DNA from: an uncultured Lachnospiraceae bacterium
GTDB lineage: Bacteria > Bacillota > Clostridia > Lachnospirales > Lachnospiraceae
Reading direction: 5' to 3'
DNA: 64,000 nt
Assembly (NCBI GenBank): GCA_947630855.1
Contig: CANRJF010000002.1
Coordinates: 1,112 to 65,111 of the forward strand
Positions 26,626-38,083 of this stretch are shown here, in pieces. How positions within the stretch are numbered: position 1 is the first letter of the stretch; the number at the start of each line of letters is the position of its first letter. The translations under genes were made by a program, and so were the position numbers. The notes beneath the pieces are model-generated. The model had not been told where the DNA came from. It did not search any database and saw nothing but the letters and a program-made list of their open reading frames with translations.

Positions 26626-28086
26626 CTACAAATCCTTCCTTTGTAGACAACAAGCGACTTCTGTATGCACCGTCATCCCAAACTGGTCCACCCCTCTCAT
26701 CCGCCTGACTTCATACCCGCCGTCCACCAGCGCCCTCAAATCTCTTGCCAGCGTAGCCGAATCACAACTCACATAAACAATCCTCTCCGGCCTCATCTTT
26801 ATCATGGTATCAATACACTTCCCGTCGCACCCCTTCCTTGGCGGGTCAACCACAATCACATCCGGATGCCGCATATCTTTCATATCTTCCATACTTTCCG
26901 AAGCATCCGTACCGCCGGAAGCACTTCCCTTCCCATAAAACTCCGGCAGCACCTCCTCCGCCTTCCCCACAAAAAATTCCACATTATCAATCCCGTTTAA
27001 CCTGGCATTCTCCCTGGCATCACAAACCGCCTGAGGCACAATCTCCACCCCGTACACCTTTTTTGCCCTGGGAGCCATAAACAACGAAATCGTGCCAATG
27101 CCGCAATACAAATCCCACACCGTCTCCTTCCCGGTCAGGCCTGCATAATCCAGGGCAAGAGAATACAGCTTCTCCGTCTGAAGAGGATTCACCTGGTAAA
27201 AAGACTGAGGGGAAATCTTATACACGGTACTCGTTTTTGTCCTGGAAAAATCCCTTACATCCCTTAGATACAGCCTGTCCGTTATAGTATCCGCCCCCCA
27301 GAGGGTTCTGGTTTCCTCCCCAAGAATTACATTGGTATTTTTCATGTTTACATTAAGGGAAATACTCTTCATTCCCGGAATCTTTTTCAGCTTCTCAACC
27401 AATGCCCTTTCCTTGGGCAGTGCCTTCCCATTAATAATAATACACGCCATTAACTCCTTAGAATCAAATCCGTAACGAATTAAAATATGGCGGATAAGAC
27501 CCTTTCCGGTGGATTCTTCATAGGCAGAAACTTGCTCTTCCCTCATATAAGACAATACCGCCTCCAAAATCTCCTGATTTTCTCTCACGCCTAAAGGACA
27601 GTTTGTATTTGCGATAATATTGTGGGTTCTTCCCGCGTAAAACCCTGTTACCACGTTTCCCTCTTTGTCATACCCCACCGGAAACTGGGCCTTGTTCCGA
27701 TATTCAAAAGGATACTCCATTCCCACAATAGGCTCTGTCACATCATCAATTTCCTCCTGGGAAAAACCGCCTAAACGTACAAGGTTTCCCTTGATTTTCT
27801 GCTCCTTAAATTCCAATTGGCTCTCATAGGACATCTGCTGAAGCTGACAGCCGCCGCAGGCTCTTGCATACATGCAACGGGGCTCCACCCGCTTGGGCGA
27901 AGCCTCCTTAATTTCCATCAGACGCGCATAACCGTAATGCTTTTTTAATTTTGTAATCTTTGCAGTAATCACATCCCCAATCACCGTATCTTTTACAAAA
28001 AAAGCCATTCCATTATATTTTCCGATTCCTGCGCCGTCCACGCCAATATCTGTAATTGTAAGTTCTATCACATCGTTTTTTTGCAT
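26626..28086 (-). CDS. rlmD: 23S rRNA (uracil-C5)-methyltransferase RlmD/RumA
   Basis: 486 aa. It has an N-terminal TRAM-like domain, the Cys cluster CGGCQLQ, and the SAM MTase motifs DLYCGIGTI and VVDPPRKG. Confidence 0.9.
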   Translation of the reverse strand: MQKNDVIELTITDIGVDGAGIGKYNGMAFFVKDTVIGDVITAKITKLKKHYGYARLMEIKEASPKRVEPRCMYARACGGCQLQQMSYESQLEFKEQKIKGNLVRLGGFSQEEIDDVTEPIVGMEYPFEYRNKAQFPVGYDKEGNVVTGFYAGRTHNIIANTNCPLGVRENQEILEAVLSYMREEQVSAYEESTGKGLIRHILIRYGFDSKELMACIIINGKALPKERALVEKLKKIPGMKSISLNVNMKNTNVILGEETRTLWGADTITDRLYLRDVRDFSRTKTSTVYKISPQSFYQVNPLQTEKLYSLALDYAGLTGKETVWDLYCGIGTISLFMAPRAKKVYGVEIVPQAVCDARENARLNGIDNVEFFVGKAEEVLPEFYGKGSASGGTDASESMEDMKDMRHPDVIVVDPPRKGCDGKCIDTMIKMRPERIVYVSCDSATLARDLRALVDGGYEVRRMRGVDQFGMTVHTEVACCLQRKDL

Positions 28087-28093
28087 ATCATTC

Positions 28094-29041
28094 CTATCTG
28101 CTGGTCTGACGGATATTGGATTCCATCAGACGATTATAGCCTAACCATTCCGTACTGCCTTCCGGGACAGTGGCAAACGCTTCTTTCAATGTTTCCATTT
28201 TTGCATCCACATTATCTGCAAAACTTAAGGCAACCGCCTCCATCAATGCAGGTTTTTTAGGGGAACCATATTCCAGTTCTCCATGGTGTGCCAGAATACA
28301 GTGTTTTAATTCACTGGAAAGCTTCTTTGGGAAATCAGGAATACTCCTGATTTTCTCTCCCACCCATTCCGCTCCAATCATAATATGTCCCAATAACTGG
28401 CCGTCATCCGTATAATCATTTTCCGGGAAAACAGAAAGCTCCTCCAGCTTTCCAATATCATGAAGCATGGCTGCCGTTAAAAGCAAATCCCTGTTTAACA
28501 AAGGATACTGCACACAAAAAGCCTCGCAAAGTTTTGTCACGCCTAATGTATGCTCCAGTAATCCTCCTACAAATCCGTGATGTACCGTCTTTGCCGCGGA
28601 ATGGAATTTAAAACGTTTTTCCATTTCCGCATCCTCCAGAAAGAATCGGGATAACAATAACTTCAAATAAGGATTTTCAACAGTGCCGATGATGCCCTTT
28701 AACTCCCCATACATTTCGTCAATATCCCGGCTGCTCACAGGGAGGTAGTCGCTGGGTTCAAATTCCCCCGGCTGCGCCTTGCGCACCCGTTTGATATTTA
28801 ACTGCAATGCCCCCTGGAAACTGGTGATGTCACCTGTGACATTAATATAGTCCAGCCGTGCAAAATCATCAATTCCCTGGGAATCCGGCTCCCAGATTTT
28901 TGCATCCAATGTACCTGTCTTATCCTGCAAAATCACATTCTCATAAGGTTTTCCGTTTTTTGTTACTGCTGCCTGTTTGTGCTTACAGAGAAAAATTTCA
29001 TTAACTCTTTCTCCTTCCCGCAATGTCTCAATATACTTCAT
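28094..29041 (-). CDS. yhaM: 3'-5' exoribonuclease YhaM (OB-fold plus HD domain)
   Basis: 315 aa. OB-fold N-terminus is NGKPYENVILQDKTGTLDAKIWE. The HD motifs HHGFVGGLLEH and LHDIGK are present. Confidence 0.75.
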   Translation of the reverse strand: MKYIETLREGERVNEIFLCKHKQAAVTKNGKPYENVILQDKTGTLDAKIWEPDSQGIDDFARLDYINVTGDITSFQGALQLNIKRVRKAQPGEFEPSDYLPVSSRDIDEMYGELKGIIGTVENPYLKLLLSRFFLEDAEMEKRFKFHSAAKTVHHGFVGGLLEHTLGVTKLCEAFCVQYPLLNRDLLLTAAMLHDIGKLEELSVFPENDYTDDGQLLGHIMIGAEWVGEKIRSIPDFPKKLSSELKHCILAHHGELEYGSPKKPALMEAVALSFADNVDAKMETLKEAFATVPEGSTEWLGYNRLMESNIRQTSR

Positions 29042-29095
29042 TCCAAATCCTGCCGTTTACGGCCTCTCCTTCCTCAAAACTGTCATGCTGGTTTT

Positions 29096-30409
29096 TTAAT
29101 CCAGCTTCCCTGCTGTCACAGTATATTCTACTCTGGAATACTCATCCATACCCTGACGCTTTACAGCAATTTCAATGCTGTCCCCCGGCTTTAAACTCAA
29201 TACTTTATCCTCGTAAGCCTCCACAGAAGTAATTTCCTCACCATCCATTTCCGTAATAACATCACCTGTCTGAAGCCCGGCCTCCAATGCGGGAGAATCC
29301 AGCAGCACCTCTTTAACATAAACTCCCTTGGGTATATCATATTCCTTGGAAATCCGCTCTGTTGCCGTAGCCACCCGCATCCCAAGATAAGGAATATCCC
29401 TGCCGTTGGAAAGCATCTCGATTAATTTCTTTAATTCTGATATAGACACGGCAACCAACGTATTCTCGTCCCCGTCACTGCTGTAATCCTGCATAATCAA
29501 CCCCACAATCTCGCCGTTTAAATTCAGCAATGCACCGCTGCTGTTCTCACTTCCCACAATATCTGTTGTAAGAACCTTATATGTATTGTCAATAGTATGA
29601 ATTTCATTACTTACCGATGTAACATTTCCCACCGCAATGGAATAATTCGAGCCCAGAGGGCTTCCCACCGCAATCACTACATTTCCCTGAATCAGAGACA
29701 GGGAATTTCCCAGCACCCCATAAGAAATCACATTTCTTGTGTTTTCATCCAATTCACCTAAAGGCACTGACAACATGGCAAGGCCTGTATTTCCATCATA
29801 TTTTTTTAACGCCGCCGTCACAGTCACTTCATTTATAAAAGTCACACTGATAGTCTCTGCCGCCTCTATTACTTTATGCTCCGTTAAAATTAATAATTCA
29901 TTATTATTATCCCCGATGATAATACCGGATGCCTGGCCTTTGCTCTCATAGGCATTATTGTACCAGTCTGTGTCGCTGACTACCCCCGTCACCGTCACAA
30001 TAGAACTGTTTTTCTCTTTTCCCACCGCATAGATTTTATTTTGCAGTTCCTGGTAATCCTCCAGTTCCAGTTCCTTTTTTACAATCGTAGTTTCTGTCAC
30101 AACAGGCTCCGGGACAGGCTCTGTGTCCGCCTCTTCCACCTTTTCCGTATCATTGGCTTCTGTTCCAAGTTCTTCCGTTTCTGCTGCAAGTTCGTCTTTT
30201 GGAATAGAAATTGGCTTATCTTCTTTAGGATGAATCCAGTTATCCATAATGGGCTGCATATAAGTAAAAACACCGCAGGCCACGAATCCAAATAAAACAG
30301 CCAAAACAAGGGTATATCCCCCCTGTTTAAACATTTTCTTTTTATTCAAAGGTTTTTCCTTGATTTTTTCCCTGATAAAAGGAAAATCTTCCTTCTCCCG
30401 CTCTTCCAT
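29096..30409 (-). CDS. membrane-anchored S1C (HtrA/DegP-like) serine protease with PDZ domain
   Basis: 437 aa with an N-terminal TM helix. It carries the GNSGGAL-like motif ENSSGALLNLNGEIVG and the C-terminal PDZ signature SPALEAGLQTGDVI. Confidence 0.8.
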   Translation of the reverse strand: MEEREKEDFPFIREKIKEKPLNKKKMFKQGGYTLVLAVLFGFVACGVFTYMQPIMDNWIHPKEDKPISIPKDELAAETEELGTEANDTEKVEEADTEPVPEPVVTETTIVKKELELEDYQELQNKIYAVGKEKNSSIVTVTGVVSDTDWYNNAYESKGQASGIIIGDNNNELLILTEHKVIEAAETISVTFINEVTVTAALKKYDGNTGLAMLSVPLGELDENTRNVISYGVLGNSLSLIQGNVVIAVGSPLGSNYSIAVGNVTSVSNEIHTIDNTYKVLTTDIVGSENSSGALLNLNGEIVGLIMQDYSSDGDENTLVAVSISELKKLIEMLSNGRDIPYLGMRVATATERISKEYDIPKGVYVKEVLLDSPALEAGLQTGDVITEMDGEEITSVEAYEDKVLSLKPGDSIEIAVKRQGMDEYSRVEYTVTAGKLD

Positions 30410-30490
30410 ATAGTTACCGCTCCTTCGTACTATACACAGCTACGCTAACTCCTATTATATGTGTATTGCCCCAATTATGCAAGAATACGC

Positions 30491-32191
30491 TTACAGTTTA
30501 AAATTATCCATATTCTGAGATAATAAATCTGCTGTCCCCCGAAGGTTTTTTGCAGATTCTTCAATGCTGATAAAACTTCCATGCACTTCTGTAATCGCTT
30601 CATTTGTATGCATTGTACTCTTCACATTATTTTCCGCCACTTCAGAAAGGGAAACAATCGCTGATACAATTTCCTGTCTTGCCACCTCTAACTCCTCTGC
30701 CTGATTCTCAATGCTCTTGATTCCCTCAATGGATGCATTGATTTCTTCTATAACTTCCCCCACAGTGTCTTCCGTAGTAACAATATGCGCTTCCTGCTTT
30801 TTTATGACTTCCTGCATATGCTGCATGGACTCTACCACATGGACTGAATTATTAATCAAAGTATGTACCGTATTGTCTATTCTGCCGCTTGCACTGTTAG
30901 ACTGCTCCGCAAGTTTTTGAATCTCTGAAGCCACAACTGCAAAACCTTTCCCCGCATCCCCAGCCCTGGCTGCCTCAATACTTGCATTCAATGCTAAAAG
31001 ATTCGTCTGCTCAGCAATATCCGATATAAAACCGGAAGCTTCCCTAATGCTGTTGGCAGAATCATTTGTCTGCTCTGTCAGCCGGGCAATGGTGGTCACC
31101 ACATTCTTTACTTCCCCGCTTACCTGCCTTAACTGTTCAATGGTTTCCTTTGTTCTGTCACTGGCTTCTAACATATGGTCCGCCCGCTGGCTTAAATCCT
31201 GCGCCACTTTTCCTGTTTCAATCATCAAATTGCCCATGTGGGTCATATTTTCCGAAGCATTTTTCGTATCCTCCGCCTGAGCGGCTGCCCCGTCCGTAAT
31301 CTCCGTCACTGCATTTTGCACGCCGTCCATGTTTTCTAAAGTAATATGGGATGTCTCCTTTAAGGAATCCGACGCTTTCACCAGTAATTCCGTACTTTGG
31401 CCGATATCCCCGAGAATACTTCTAAGGGATTTCTGTAAATTAAAGAGAGCATTCATTAAATCCCCAATCTCATCTTTTTTCCCCAAAGCCTTTTGGTCAA
31501 ATTGAATATTAAGATTCCCTTCCGATACAATCCGCACGTCCTCTATGCTTCTTTTCAAACGCCTGCTTATGGAAGATGTGACAACTGCCACTGCCACAAT
31601 ACAGACTGCCGCCACACCAATCACAATAAGAATTAATGTAAAAATAATTCCCAATGCGCTTGCCAGGGTTTCATTTTTATTTGCCCCTGCAAAAATCATG
31701 CCAACAGGCGTCTCCGTCTCCCCCTGCTGGTACACCGGCACATAATATCCATAATATATGGTTCCGTCCATGGATACATTGTCGCTAAAATAATTTTCCC
31801 CTTTCTCTAATACTTCTTCTACAATTTTATCCCCCGCAGGAGAACCTAAAATACGCTCCCCGTTTTTATCCACCGCAGAGGTCATAATTCTCTGTGAACC
31901 ATAGAAAAACGTAACTTCCATCCCTGATTTTTCCCGGATGGCGTCTAATAAATTTTCCGAATGGGATATATTATAACTGCCTTTCCACACATCACCGTTT
32001 TCTGTCTGCACGTAAACTCCCGGATTCTGGTCATAAGCGGCTAAAGCTGCCACTGCCACCCCTCTTAACGAACGTTCCACCTGATTGATAATAGATTCTT
32101 TTACGGAAGTGGAAGCAATAAAAATTACAATCATGCCCAGAATACAAACCGGTGACACGGCGCACAGGAGCATCTTTTTCTTTAAACTCAT
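30491..32191 (-). CDS. methyl-accepting chemotaxis protein
   Basis: 566 aa. It has two TM segments around a periplasmic sensor and the signalling core [33 protein letters not shown]. Confidence 0.9.
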   Translation of the reverse strand: MSLKKKMLLCAVSPVCILGMIVIFIASTSVKESIINQVERSLRGVAVAALAAYDQNPGVYVQTENGDVWKGSYNISHSENLLDAIREKSGMEVTFFYGSQRIMTSAVDKNGERILGSPAGDKIVEEVLEKGENYFSDNVSMDGTIYYGYYVPVYQQGETETPVGMIFAGANKNETLASALGIIFTLILIVIGVAAVCIVAVAVVTSSISRRLKRSIEDVRIVSEGNLNIQFDQKALGKKDEIGDLMNALFNLQKSLRSILGDIGQSTELLVKASDSLKETSHITLENMDGVQNAVTEITDGAAAQAEDTKNASENMTHMGNLMIETGKVAQDLSQRADHMLEASDRTKETIEQLRQVSGEVKNVVTTIARLTEQTNDSANSIREASGFISDIAEQTNLLALNASIEAARAGDAGKGFAVVASEIQKLAEQSNSASGRIDNTVHTLINNSVHVVESMQHMQEVIKKQEAHIVTTEDTVGEVIEEINASIEGIKSIENQAEELEVARQEIVSAIVSLSEVAENNVKSTMHTNEAITEVHGSFISIEESAKNLRGTADLLSQNMDNFKL

Positions 32192-32204
32192 ATGCCAATC
32201 CCCC

Positions 32205-33410
32205 TTATTTCACCACTTCTACGTTCTTATAATACCAGTTAATTGCACCTGTGATTGTAGCATCATCTAAGGTAGTATCAGGGCTTCCCACAACCTCTCC
32301 CGTATTGGTAACAAGTTCTCCGTCGAAAATATTGTTTTGCCCGCTTAAAATAGACGCCTTGGCTTCCTCGACTTTTTCCTTTGTGCCCTGGGCTGCAAAA
32401 GACGCCACATCGGTCAATTGCACTACTCCTTCCGCCATACCGCCATAATAATTACTGCCGTTCCATGTGCCCTTCATAATTCCCTGGACTGCCGATGTAT
32501 AGTAAGCGCTCCAGTTCCATATTACACTGCAGAGACAGGAATCCGGGGTTTCCTTGCTCATATCGGAATTGTATCCGATACCGTAAACTCCATATTCCTT
32601 TGCCAGGGTCTGGGGATAAGGCGTGTCACAATGCTGTGCCATAACATCACATCCCATATCCAAAAGTTTCCTGGAAACTTCCTCCTCCTTTTTGGGGTCA
32701 TACCAGCTATTTGTCACTGCCACGTAAACTTTTGCCTCCGGGTTTACCTGTGCCACCCCAATGGCAAATGCATCAATTCCCCCTGTCACTTCGGAATTGG
32801 AACTGTCCTGGGCAGCCACATATCCGATTTTGTTGGATTTTGTATTCATCCCTGCCACAATCCCGCTTAAGTACCGGGGCTGGTAGATTCTTCCGAAATA
32901 ATTGTTAAAATTTCTGCCGTTGGATAAATATCCTGTGCCATGGGAAAAATAAATATCAGGATACTCCTCCGCCATCTTAGCCGTAGTCTCCATAAATCCC
33001 CAGCTTGTTGTAAAAATAACATTGCATCCGCTGTCAATGCATTCCTGTATTTTATTTCTTATATCCGTATCATCACTGTCGTCTGCAATCTTCCGAATTA
33101 CCTGGTCATCATTTAAACCCAGATTATCCTGCATTGCCACAATTCCCAAATCGTGGGTGTAAGAGTATCCTGTTCCTTCCCCGGGATCCGTAATATAAAG
33201 TACCCCTACCTTGATATCCTCTTTTGCAATGCCTCCCGTACTTTCCGATGTACTATCGGAACCGGAAGCCTCCCCGCCGCCTGTCTGCCCTGCCGGGGAA
33301 TATCCCTGGTTTGTGGCAAAATCATCCGGTTCTTTTGAACCCCCGCAGCCCAAAAGCATACCGGCGGACAATACAAGAATTATACACAGACTTAATATTT
33401 TTCTTATCAT
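32205..33410 (-). CDS. BMP-family (PnrA-like) substrate-binding lipoprotein
   Basis: 401 aa with the lipobox LLGCGG. Typical BMP blocks are present ([12 protein letters not shown]..., [12 protein letters not shown]). Confidence 0.8.
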   Translation of the reverse strand: MIRKILSLCIILVLSAGMLLGCGGSKEPDDFATNQGYSPAGQTGGGEASGSDSTSESTGGIAKEDIKVGVLYITDPGEGTGYSYTHDLGIVAMQDNLGLNDDQVIRKIADDSDDTDIRNKIQECIDSGCNVIFTTSWGFMETTAKMAEEYPDIYFSHGTGYLSNGRNFNNYFGRIYQPRYLSGIVAGMNTKSNKIGYVAAQDSSNSEVTGGIDAFAIGVAQVNPEAKVYVAVTNSWYDPKKEEEVSRKLLDMGCDVMAQHCDTPYPQTLAKEYGVYGIGYNSDMSKETPDSCLCSVIWNWSAYYTSAVQGIMKGTWNGSNYYGGMAEGVVQLTDVASFAAQGTKEKVEEAKASILSGQNNIFDGELVTNTGEVVGSPDTTLDDATITGAINWYYKNVEVVK

Positions 33411-33562
33411 TTATGTCCCTCCCACGGTCAACATAGTGTTAGTATATCACATGATATGTTTTTCTTCAAATACTTTCCTTATCTCCAAAGATAGGTTATA
33501 ATAGCATAAAAAGTTATCCTTTGGCAGTAAGCCAAAACAGCATATTTTGAGGATGTAAAATT

Positions 33563-35941
33563 ATGGAAAAAAAAGTATTGCAAACACTGGAATATAACAA
33601 AATCATAGACACGCTGACGGATTTCGCCTTCAGCCAGTCCGCCAGGGAACGCTGCAAAAATCTGCTTCCCATGACAGACATAGAAGAGATTAACCTGGCG
33701 CAGAAGCAGACAGACGATGCCCTGCTTCGCATATTTGCAAAGGGAAGCCTCTCCTTCTCTGGCATTCATCCCATCGGCCCCTCCTTAAAGCGTCTGGAAA
33801 TCGGAGGCTCTTTAAGCGCCGCCGAACTTTTGCAGATAAGCTCCCTTTTAGAAGCCGCAAAGCGGGCTAAATCATTTGGCAGACGGGACAGGGAAGATGA
33901 GCAGAGGGATTCTTTAGATGATTTTTTTGAGGGAATTGAACCTTTGACCTCTCTGCATGAGGAAATCAGCCGATGCATATTATCCGAGAACGAAATCAGT
34001 GATGATGCCAGCCCCGCATTAAAATCCATACGCCGTTCCATTGGCGGCATGAATGACAGAATAAAAAACCAGTTGACAAAAGTTATGAACCAGGCAGGCA
34101 GCAGCGGGTATCTCAGGGATGCAGTCATCACCATGCGGGACAACAGATACTGCCTTCCCATAAAAGCCGAGGCGAAAAACCAGGTTCCCGGCATGATTCA
34201 CGACCAGTCCTCCAGCGGCTCCACCCTTTTTATCGAGCCTGCCTCAGTAGTAAATTTAAACAATGAATTAAAAGAATTATTCCTGCGGGAGGCAAAAGAG
34301 ATTGAAGCAATCCTGGCAGATTTAAGCGCCCGGGTATACGAACAGGCAGCCCCTTTAACGGCGGACTACGATATTTTAACAGAGCTGGATTTTATATTTG
34401 CAAAAGCCCGGCTTGCCAAAATCCATAACGGCGTATCCCCTGTATTTAACACCCAGGGCCGCATACGCATCCGCAAAGGCAGGCATCCCCTGTTAGACCC
34501 AAAAAAAGCCGTGCCTATTGACGTGGTTTTAGGAGAAGATTTCAATCTTCTGATTATCACGGGCCCAAACACAGGAGGAAAAACCGTTTCCTTAAAAACC
34601 GTAGGGCTGTTGACATTAATGGGCCAGGCAGGGCTCCATATCCCTGCGGGGGACCGCTCCCAGCTTGCAGTATTTCAAAATATATTTGCGGATATCGGAG
34701 ATGAACAGAGCATTGAGCAGAGTTTAAGCACCTTCTCTTCCCATATGACCAACATCGTCTCCATTTTATCAAAAGCAGATGCTTCCTCCCTGGTTCTTTT
34801 TGACGAGCTGTGTGCGGGAACAGACCCTACGGAAGGCGCCGCCCTGGCAATTTCCATATTGTCTGACCTCCACAGCAAGGGAATACGTACCATGGCAACC
34901 ACCCATTACAGCGAGATTAAGGTTTTTGCCCTGTCTACCCAGGGGGTGGAAAATGCCTGCTGCGAATTTGATGTGGAAACATTAAGCCCCACTTACCGGC
35001 TTTTAATCGGTATTCCCGGGAAAAGCAATGCCTTTGCCATATCCGGCAAAATCGGGCTCAGCCAGGATATTATCGAAGATGCAAAAGGACGGATAACAGA
35101 ATCCCAGGCAAACTTTGAAGATTTGATTTCCGACCTGGAAAACAGCCGCATCACCATTGAACGGGAACGGGAGGAAATCAACAGCTACAAAAATGAAATC
35201 GCCTCCCTGAAACAAAAACTGGAGCAGAAACAGGAACGGATTGAAAACAGCCGTGATAAAATATTAAGGGAAGCCAACGAGCAGGCATACGCCATTATCA
35301 AAGAGGCAAAAAATGTGGCAGATGAAAGTATCCGTAATTTTAATAAATACGGTCAAATTCAGGCTCCTGCCAGCGAAATGGAAAAAGAGCGTGCCAAACT
35401 CCGCAGTAAAATGTCAGCCCATGAAGAGAAGCTTGCCAGGAAAAATCCCGATAAGACCAACCATAAAATTCCCAAAAACCTGCGCATCGGGGATTCCGTA
35501 AAAGTGCTGAGCATGAACTTAAAAGGCACTGTTCATTCCCTGCCCAACGCCAAATGGGATTTATCGGTACAGATGGGAATTTTAAATTCCACCGTAAACA
35601 TCCGGGACCTGGTTCTCTTAGAAGAAGATACCGCCCCTTCCGGCAGGCAGTTTCAAAAGTCCGGGGCAGGCAAAATAAAACTTTCCAAATCCGCGACCGT
35701 ATCCACCGAGATAAACCTGATTGGAATGACGGTGGACGAAGCCATTGCCCATCTGGACAAATATTTAGATGACGCCTATATTGCCCATCTTCCCTCCGTG
35801 CGGATTGTCCACGGCAAAGGCACAGGCGCATTGCGGGGGGCAGTACAGAAGCATTTAAAGCGGCAGAAATATGTAAAATCTTTTCATTTAGGGGAATTTG
35901 GGGAAGGAGATTCCGGCGTTACTATTGCAGAGTTTAAGTAA
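33563..35941 (+). CDS. mutS2: endonuclease MutS2
   Basis: 792 aa. The P-loop is ITGPNTGGKTV, with FDELCAGTDP and a C-terminal Smr domain (RIVHGKGTGALR). Confidence 0.95.
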   Translation: MEKKVLQTLEYNKIIDTLTDFAFSQSARERCKNLLPMTDIEEINLAQKQTDDALLRIFAKGSLSFSGIHPIGPSLKRLEIGGSLSAAELLQISSLLEAAKRAKSFGRRDREDEQRDSLDDFFEGIEPLTSLHEEISRCILSENEISDDASPALKSIRRSIGGMNDRIKNQLTKVMNQAGSSGYLRDAVITMRDNRYCLPIKAEAKNQVPGMIHDQSSSGSTLFIEPASVVNLNNELKELFLREAKEIEAILADLSARVYEQAAPLTADYDILTELDFIFAKARLAKIHNGVSPVFNTQGRIRIRKGRHPLLDPKKAVPIDVVLGEDFNLLIITGPNTGGKTVSLKTVGLLTLMGQAGLHIPAGDRSQLAVFQNIFADIGDEQSIEQSLSTFSSHMTNIVSILSKADASSLVLFDELCAGTDPTEGAALAISILSDLHSKGIRTMATTHYSEIKVFALSTQGVENACCEFDVETLSPTYRLLIGIPGKSNAFAISGKIGLSQDIIEDAKGRITESQANFEDLISDLENSRITIEREREEINSYKNEIASLKQKLEQKQERIENSRDKILREANEQAYAIIKEAKNVADESIRNFNKYGQIQAPASEMEKERAKLRSKMSAHEEKLARKNPDKTNHKIPKNLRIGDSVKVLSMNLKGTVHSLPNAKWDLSVQMGILNSTVNIRDLVLLEEDTAPSGRQFQKSGAGKIKLSKSATVSTEINLIGMTVDEAIAHLDKYLDDAYIAHLPSVRIVHGKGTGALRGAVQKHLKRQKYVKSFHLGEFGEGDSGVTIAEFK

Positions 35942-35954
35942 AAAGGAGGCAGTT

Positions 35955-36659
35955 ATGCTTGCAAAACAGAAAATTTTAATCGTAGATGATGATGTAAACA
36001 TTGCGGAGTTAATTTCTCTTTATTTGACAAAGGAATGTTTCGATACAAAAACCGTAAATGACGGGGAAGAAGCCTTAACCGCTTTTGAACAATACTCCCC
36101 AAACCTGATTCTTTTAGATTTAATGCTTCCCGGCATAGACGGCTATCAGGTGTGCCGGGAGATACGCAGCAAGTCTAATATTCCCATTATTATGCTTTCC
36201 GCCAAAGGTGAGATTTTTGACAAAGTTTTAGGATTGGAATTAGGGGCGGACGACTACATAATGAAGCCCTTTGACTCCAAGGAACTTGTGGCAAGGGTAA
36301 AAGCCGTATTGCGCCGGTTCTCCCCCTCGCCAAAAACAGAGTCAGTTTCCGTCAATATCAAATGCATGGAATATACGGACCTTGTGGTAAATCTCTCCAA
36401 CTATTCCGTAATGTATAAAGGACAGGCAGTGGATATGCCCCCCAAGGAACTGGAACTCTTATATTTCCTTGCTTCCAACCCCAACCAGGTATTTTCCAGA
36501 GAACAGCTTTTAGACCATATCTGGGGCTATGAATACATCGGGGACACCAGAACCGTAGACGTACATGTAAAGCGTCTCCGTGAAAAAATAAAGGACACGG
36601 CAAACTGGAGCCTTGCCACAGTATGGGGCGTAGGCTACAAATTTGAGGTGAAAGAATAG
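35955..36659 (+). CDS. OmpR-family response regulator
   Basis: The start was trimmed to the ATG at 35955, which follows AAGGAGG. It has a receiver domain (ILIVDDD...LDLMLPG) and a winged helix (VDVHVKRLREKI). Confidence 0.9.
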   Translation: MLAKQKILIVDDDVNIAELISLYLTKECFDTKTVNDGEEALTAFEQYSPNLILLDLMLPGIDGYQVCREIRSKSNIPIIMLSAKGEIFDKVLGLELGADDYIMKPFDSKELVARVKAVLRRFSPSPKTESVSVNIKCMEYTDLVVNLSNYSVMYKGQAVDMPPKELELLYFLASNPNQVFSREQLLDHIWGYEYIGDTRTVDVHVKRLREKIKDTANWSLATVWGVGYKFEVKE

Positions 36660-36661
36660 AC

Positions 36662-38083
36662 ATGAAGAAAACCATTTATCCCAAAATTTTCTGCGGATAT
36701 CTTATATTTGGAATTGTCGGCTTTATTGTGGTATCCACCTTTACCTCCCGTATTACCGGCAATTATATTAAAAAACATGAATCCTCCTCCCTGTACAAAG
36801 AAGCAACCATTATTGCCTCCGATTACGCGGTGAGCTATTACAATAACGACATCACCCTGGCGGATTTTGAAGAGCGCATAGAGGCTTTGGACAACTACCT
36901 TGGAGCGCAAATCTGGGTCATTGATATAGGGGGGGATATCCTGGTAAACTCAGAGAAAAAGACGGATCTTTTAAACCTGGAAAATATAGAAAACTTTGAT
37001 ATCATGGACTTTGGCGGCAAATATTATAAGACGGGGACATTTTATAATTATTTTCAGGAGGAGCAGTTAAGCGTATTTGCCCCAATTTCCATTAATTACA
37101 AAGTAAAGGGATACGTTATCATACATAAACCCATGCGCAGCCTCTCCGCCTACCATTTTGGGCTTTTAAATATTTCCTATGCAACCCTGGCGATTTTATT
37201 TCTCTGCGCCCTGCTGCTGCTTATTTTATTTGTACGCTCCGTCATTCTGCCCATGCGTAAAATCACCCGGGCAGCCAACGAATATGCCAACGGCAATTTT
37301 GACCAGAAAATAGATGTATATTCCAATGATGAAATCGGTTATCTTGCCGCTTCCTTATCCTACATGGCAAATGAATTGAAGACACTGGAAGAAGACCAGC
37401 GGAAATTCGTATCCAATGTGTCCCATGATTTTCGTTCCCCTTTAACCTCCATTAAAGGTTATGTGGAAGCCATGTTAGACGGAACCATTCCGCCGGAAAT
37501 GCAGGAGAAATATTTAAATATTATTCTTTTTGAAACAGAGCGGCTGAACAAGCTTACCAAAAGCCTTTTAGAACTGAATAAATTCGGCAAACACGGCATG
37601 ATGATTGATACTTCCACATTTGACATTAACAATGTGGTAAAAATGACTGTGCGCACTTTTGAAGGAACCTGCAAAGAGAAACGTATATCTTTTGAATTGA
37701 TTCTCACAGGAAAAGAACTTTATGTAAAAGCAGATATGAGTAAAATCCAGCAAGTCATTTATAACTTAATCGACAACGCCATTAAGTTTTCCCATCATGA
37801 TTCCTTTATCACGGTGGAGACTACCATTAAAAACGAAAAAGTATTTGTATCCGTAAAAGATAAGGGAATCGGCATTCCGGGAGACAGCCTTGGTAAAATA
37901 TGGGAGCGGTTCTACAAAACAGACCTGTCCCGGGGAAAAGACAAAAAAGGAACAGGCCTTGGCCTTGCCATCGTAAAAGAAATTATCCAGGCCCATCATG
38001 AAAACATTAATGTAATCAGCACGGAAGGGGTGGGAACGGAATTTATTTTTTCTCTTCCCCTGTATAATAAAGAAGACGAATAA
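36662..38083 (+). CDS. sensor histidine kinase
   Basis: 473 aa. The H-box is SNVSHDFRSPLTSI, with N and G boxes NLIDNAIKF and GTGLGLAIV. Confidence 0.9.
   Translation: MKKTIYPKIFCGYLIFGIVGFIVVSTFTSRITGNYIKKHESSSLYKEATIIASDYAVSYYNNDITLADFEERIEALDNYLGAQIWVIDIGGDILVNSEKKTDLLNLENIENFDIMDFGGKYYKTGTFYNYFQEEQLSVFAPISINYKVKGYVIIHKPMRSLSAYHFGLLNISYATLAILFLCALLLLILFVRSVILPMRKITRAANEYANGNFDQKIDVYSNDEIGYLAASLSYMANELKTLEEDQRKFVSNVSHDFRSPLTSIKGYVEAMLDGTIPPEMQEKYLNIILFETERLNKLTKSLLELNKFGKHGMMIDTSTFDINNVVKMTVRTFEGTCKEKRISFELILTGKELYVKADMSKIQQVIYNLIDNAIKFSHHDSFITVETTIKNEKVFVSVKDKGIGIPGDSLGKIWERFYKTDLSRGKDKKGTGLGLAIVKEIIQAHHENINVISTEGVGTEFIFSLPLYNKEDE

Noticed and set aside
33766-35831. Several 60-163 aa minus-strand ORFs within mutS2
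   Set aside because: They are antisense to mutS2, which has an intact P-loop and Smr domain.
35898-35954. Longer 5' extensions offered by the ORF track for the response regulator, rpoA, rpsM, rpsH, rpsN, rpmJ, rpmC and the DUF4391-like gene
   Set aside because: In each case an internal start with a proper Shine-Dalgarno sequence gives the canonical N-terminus. The extension would overlap the upstream gene or the spacer.
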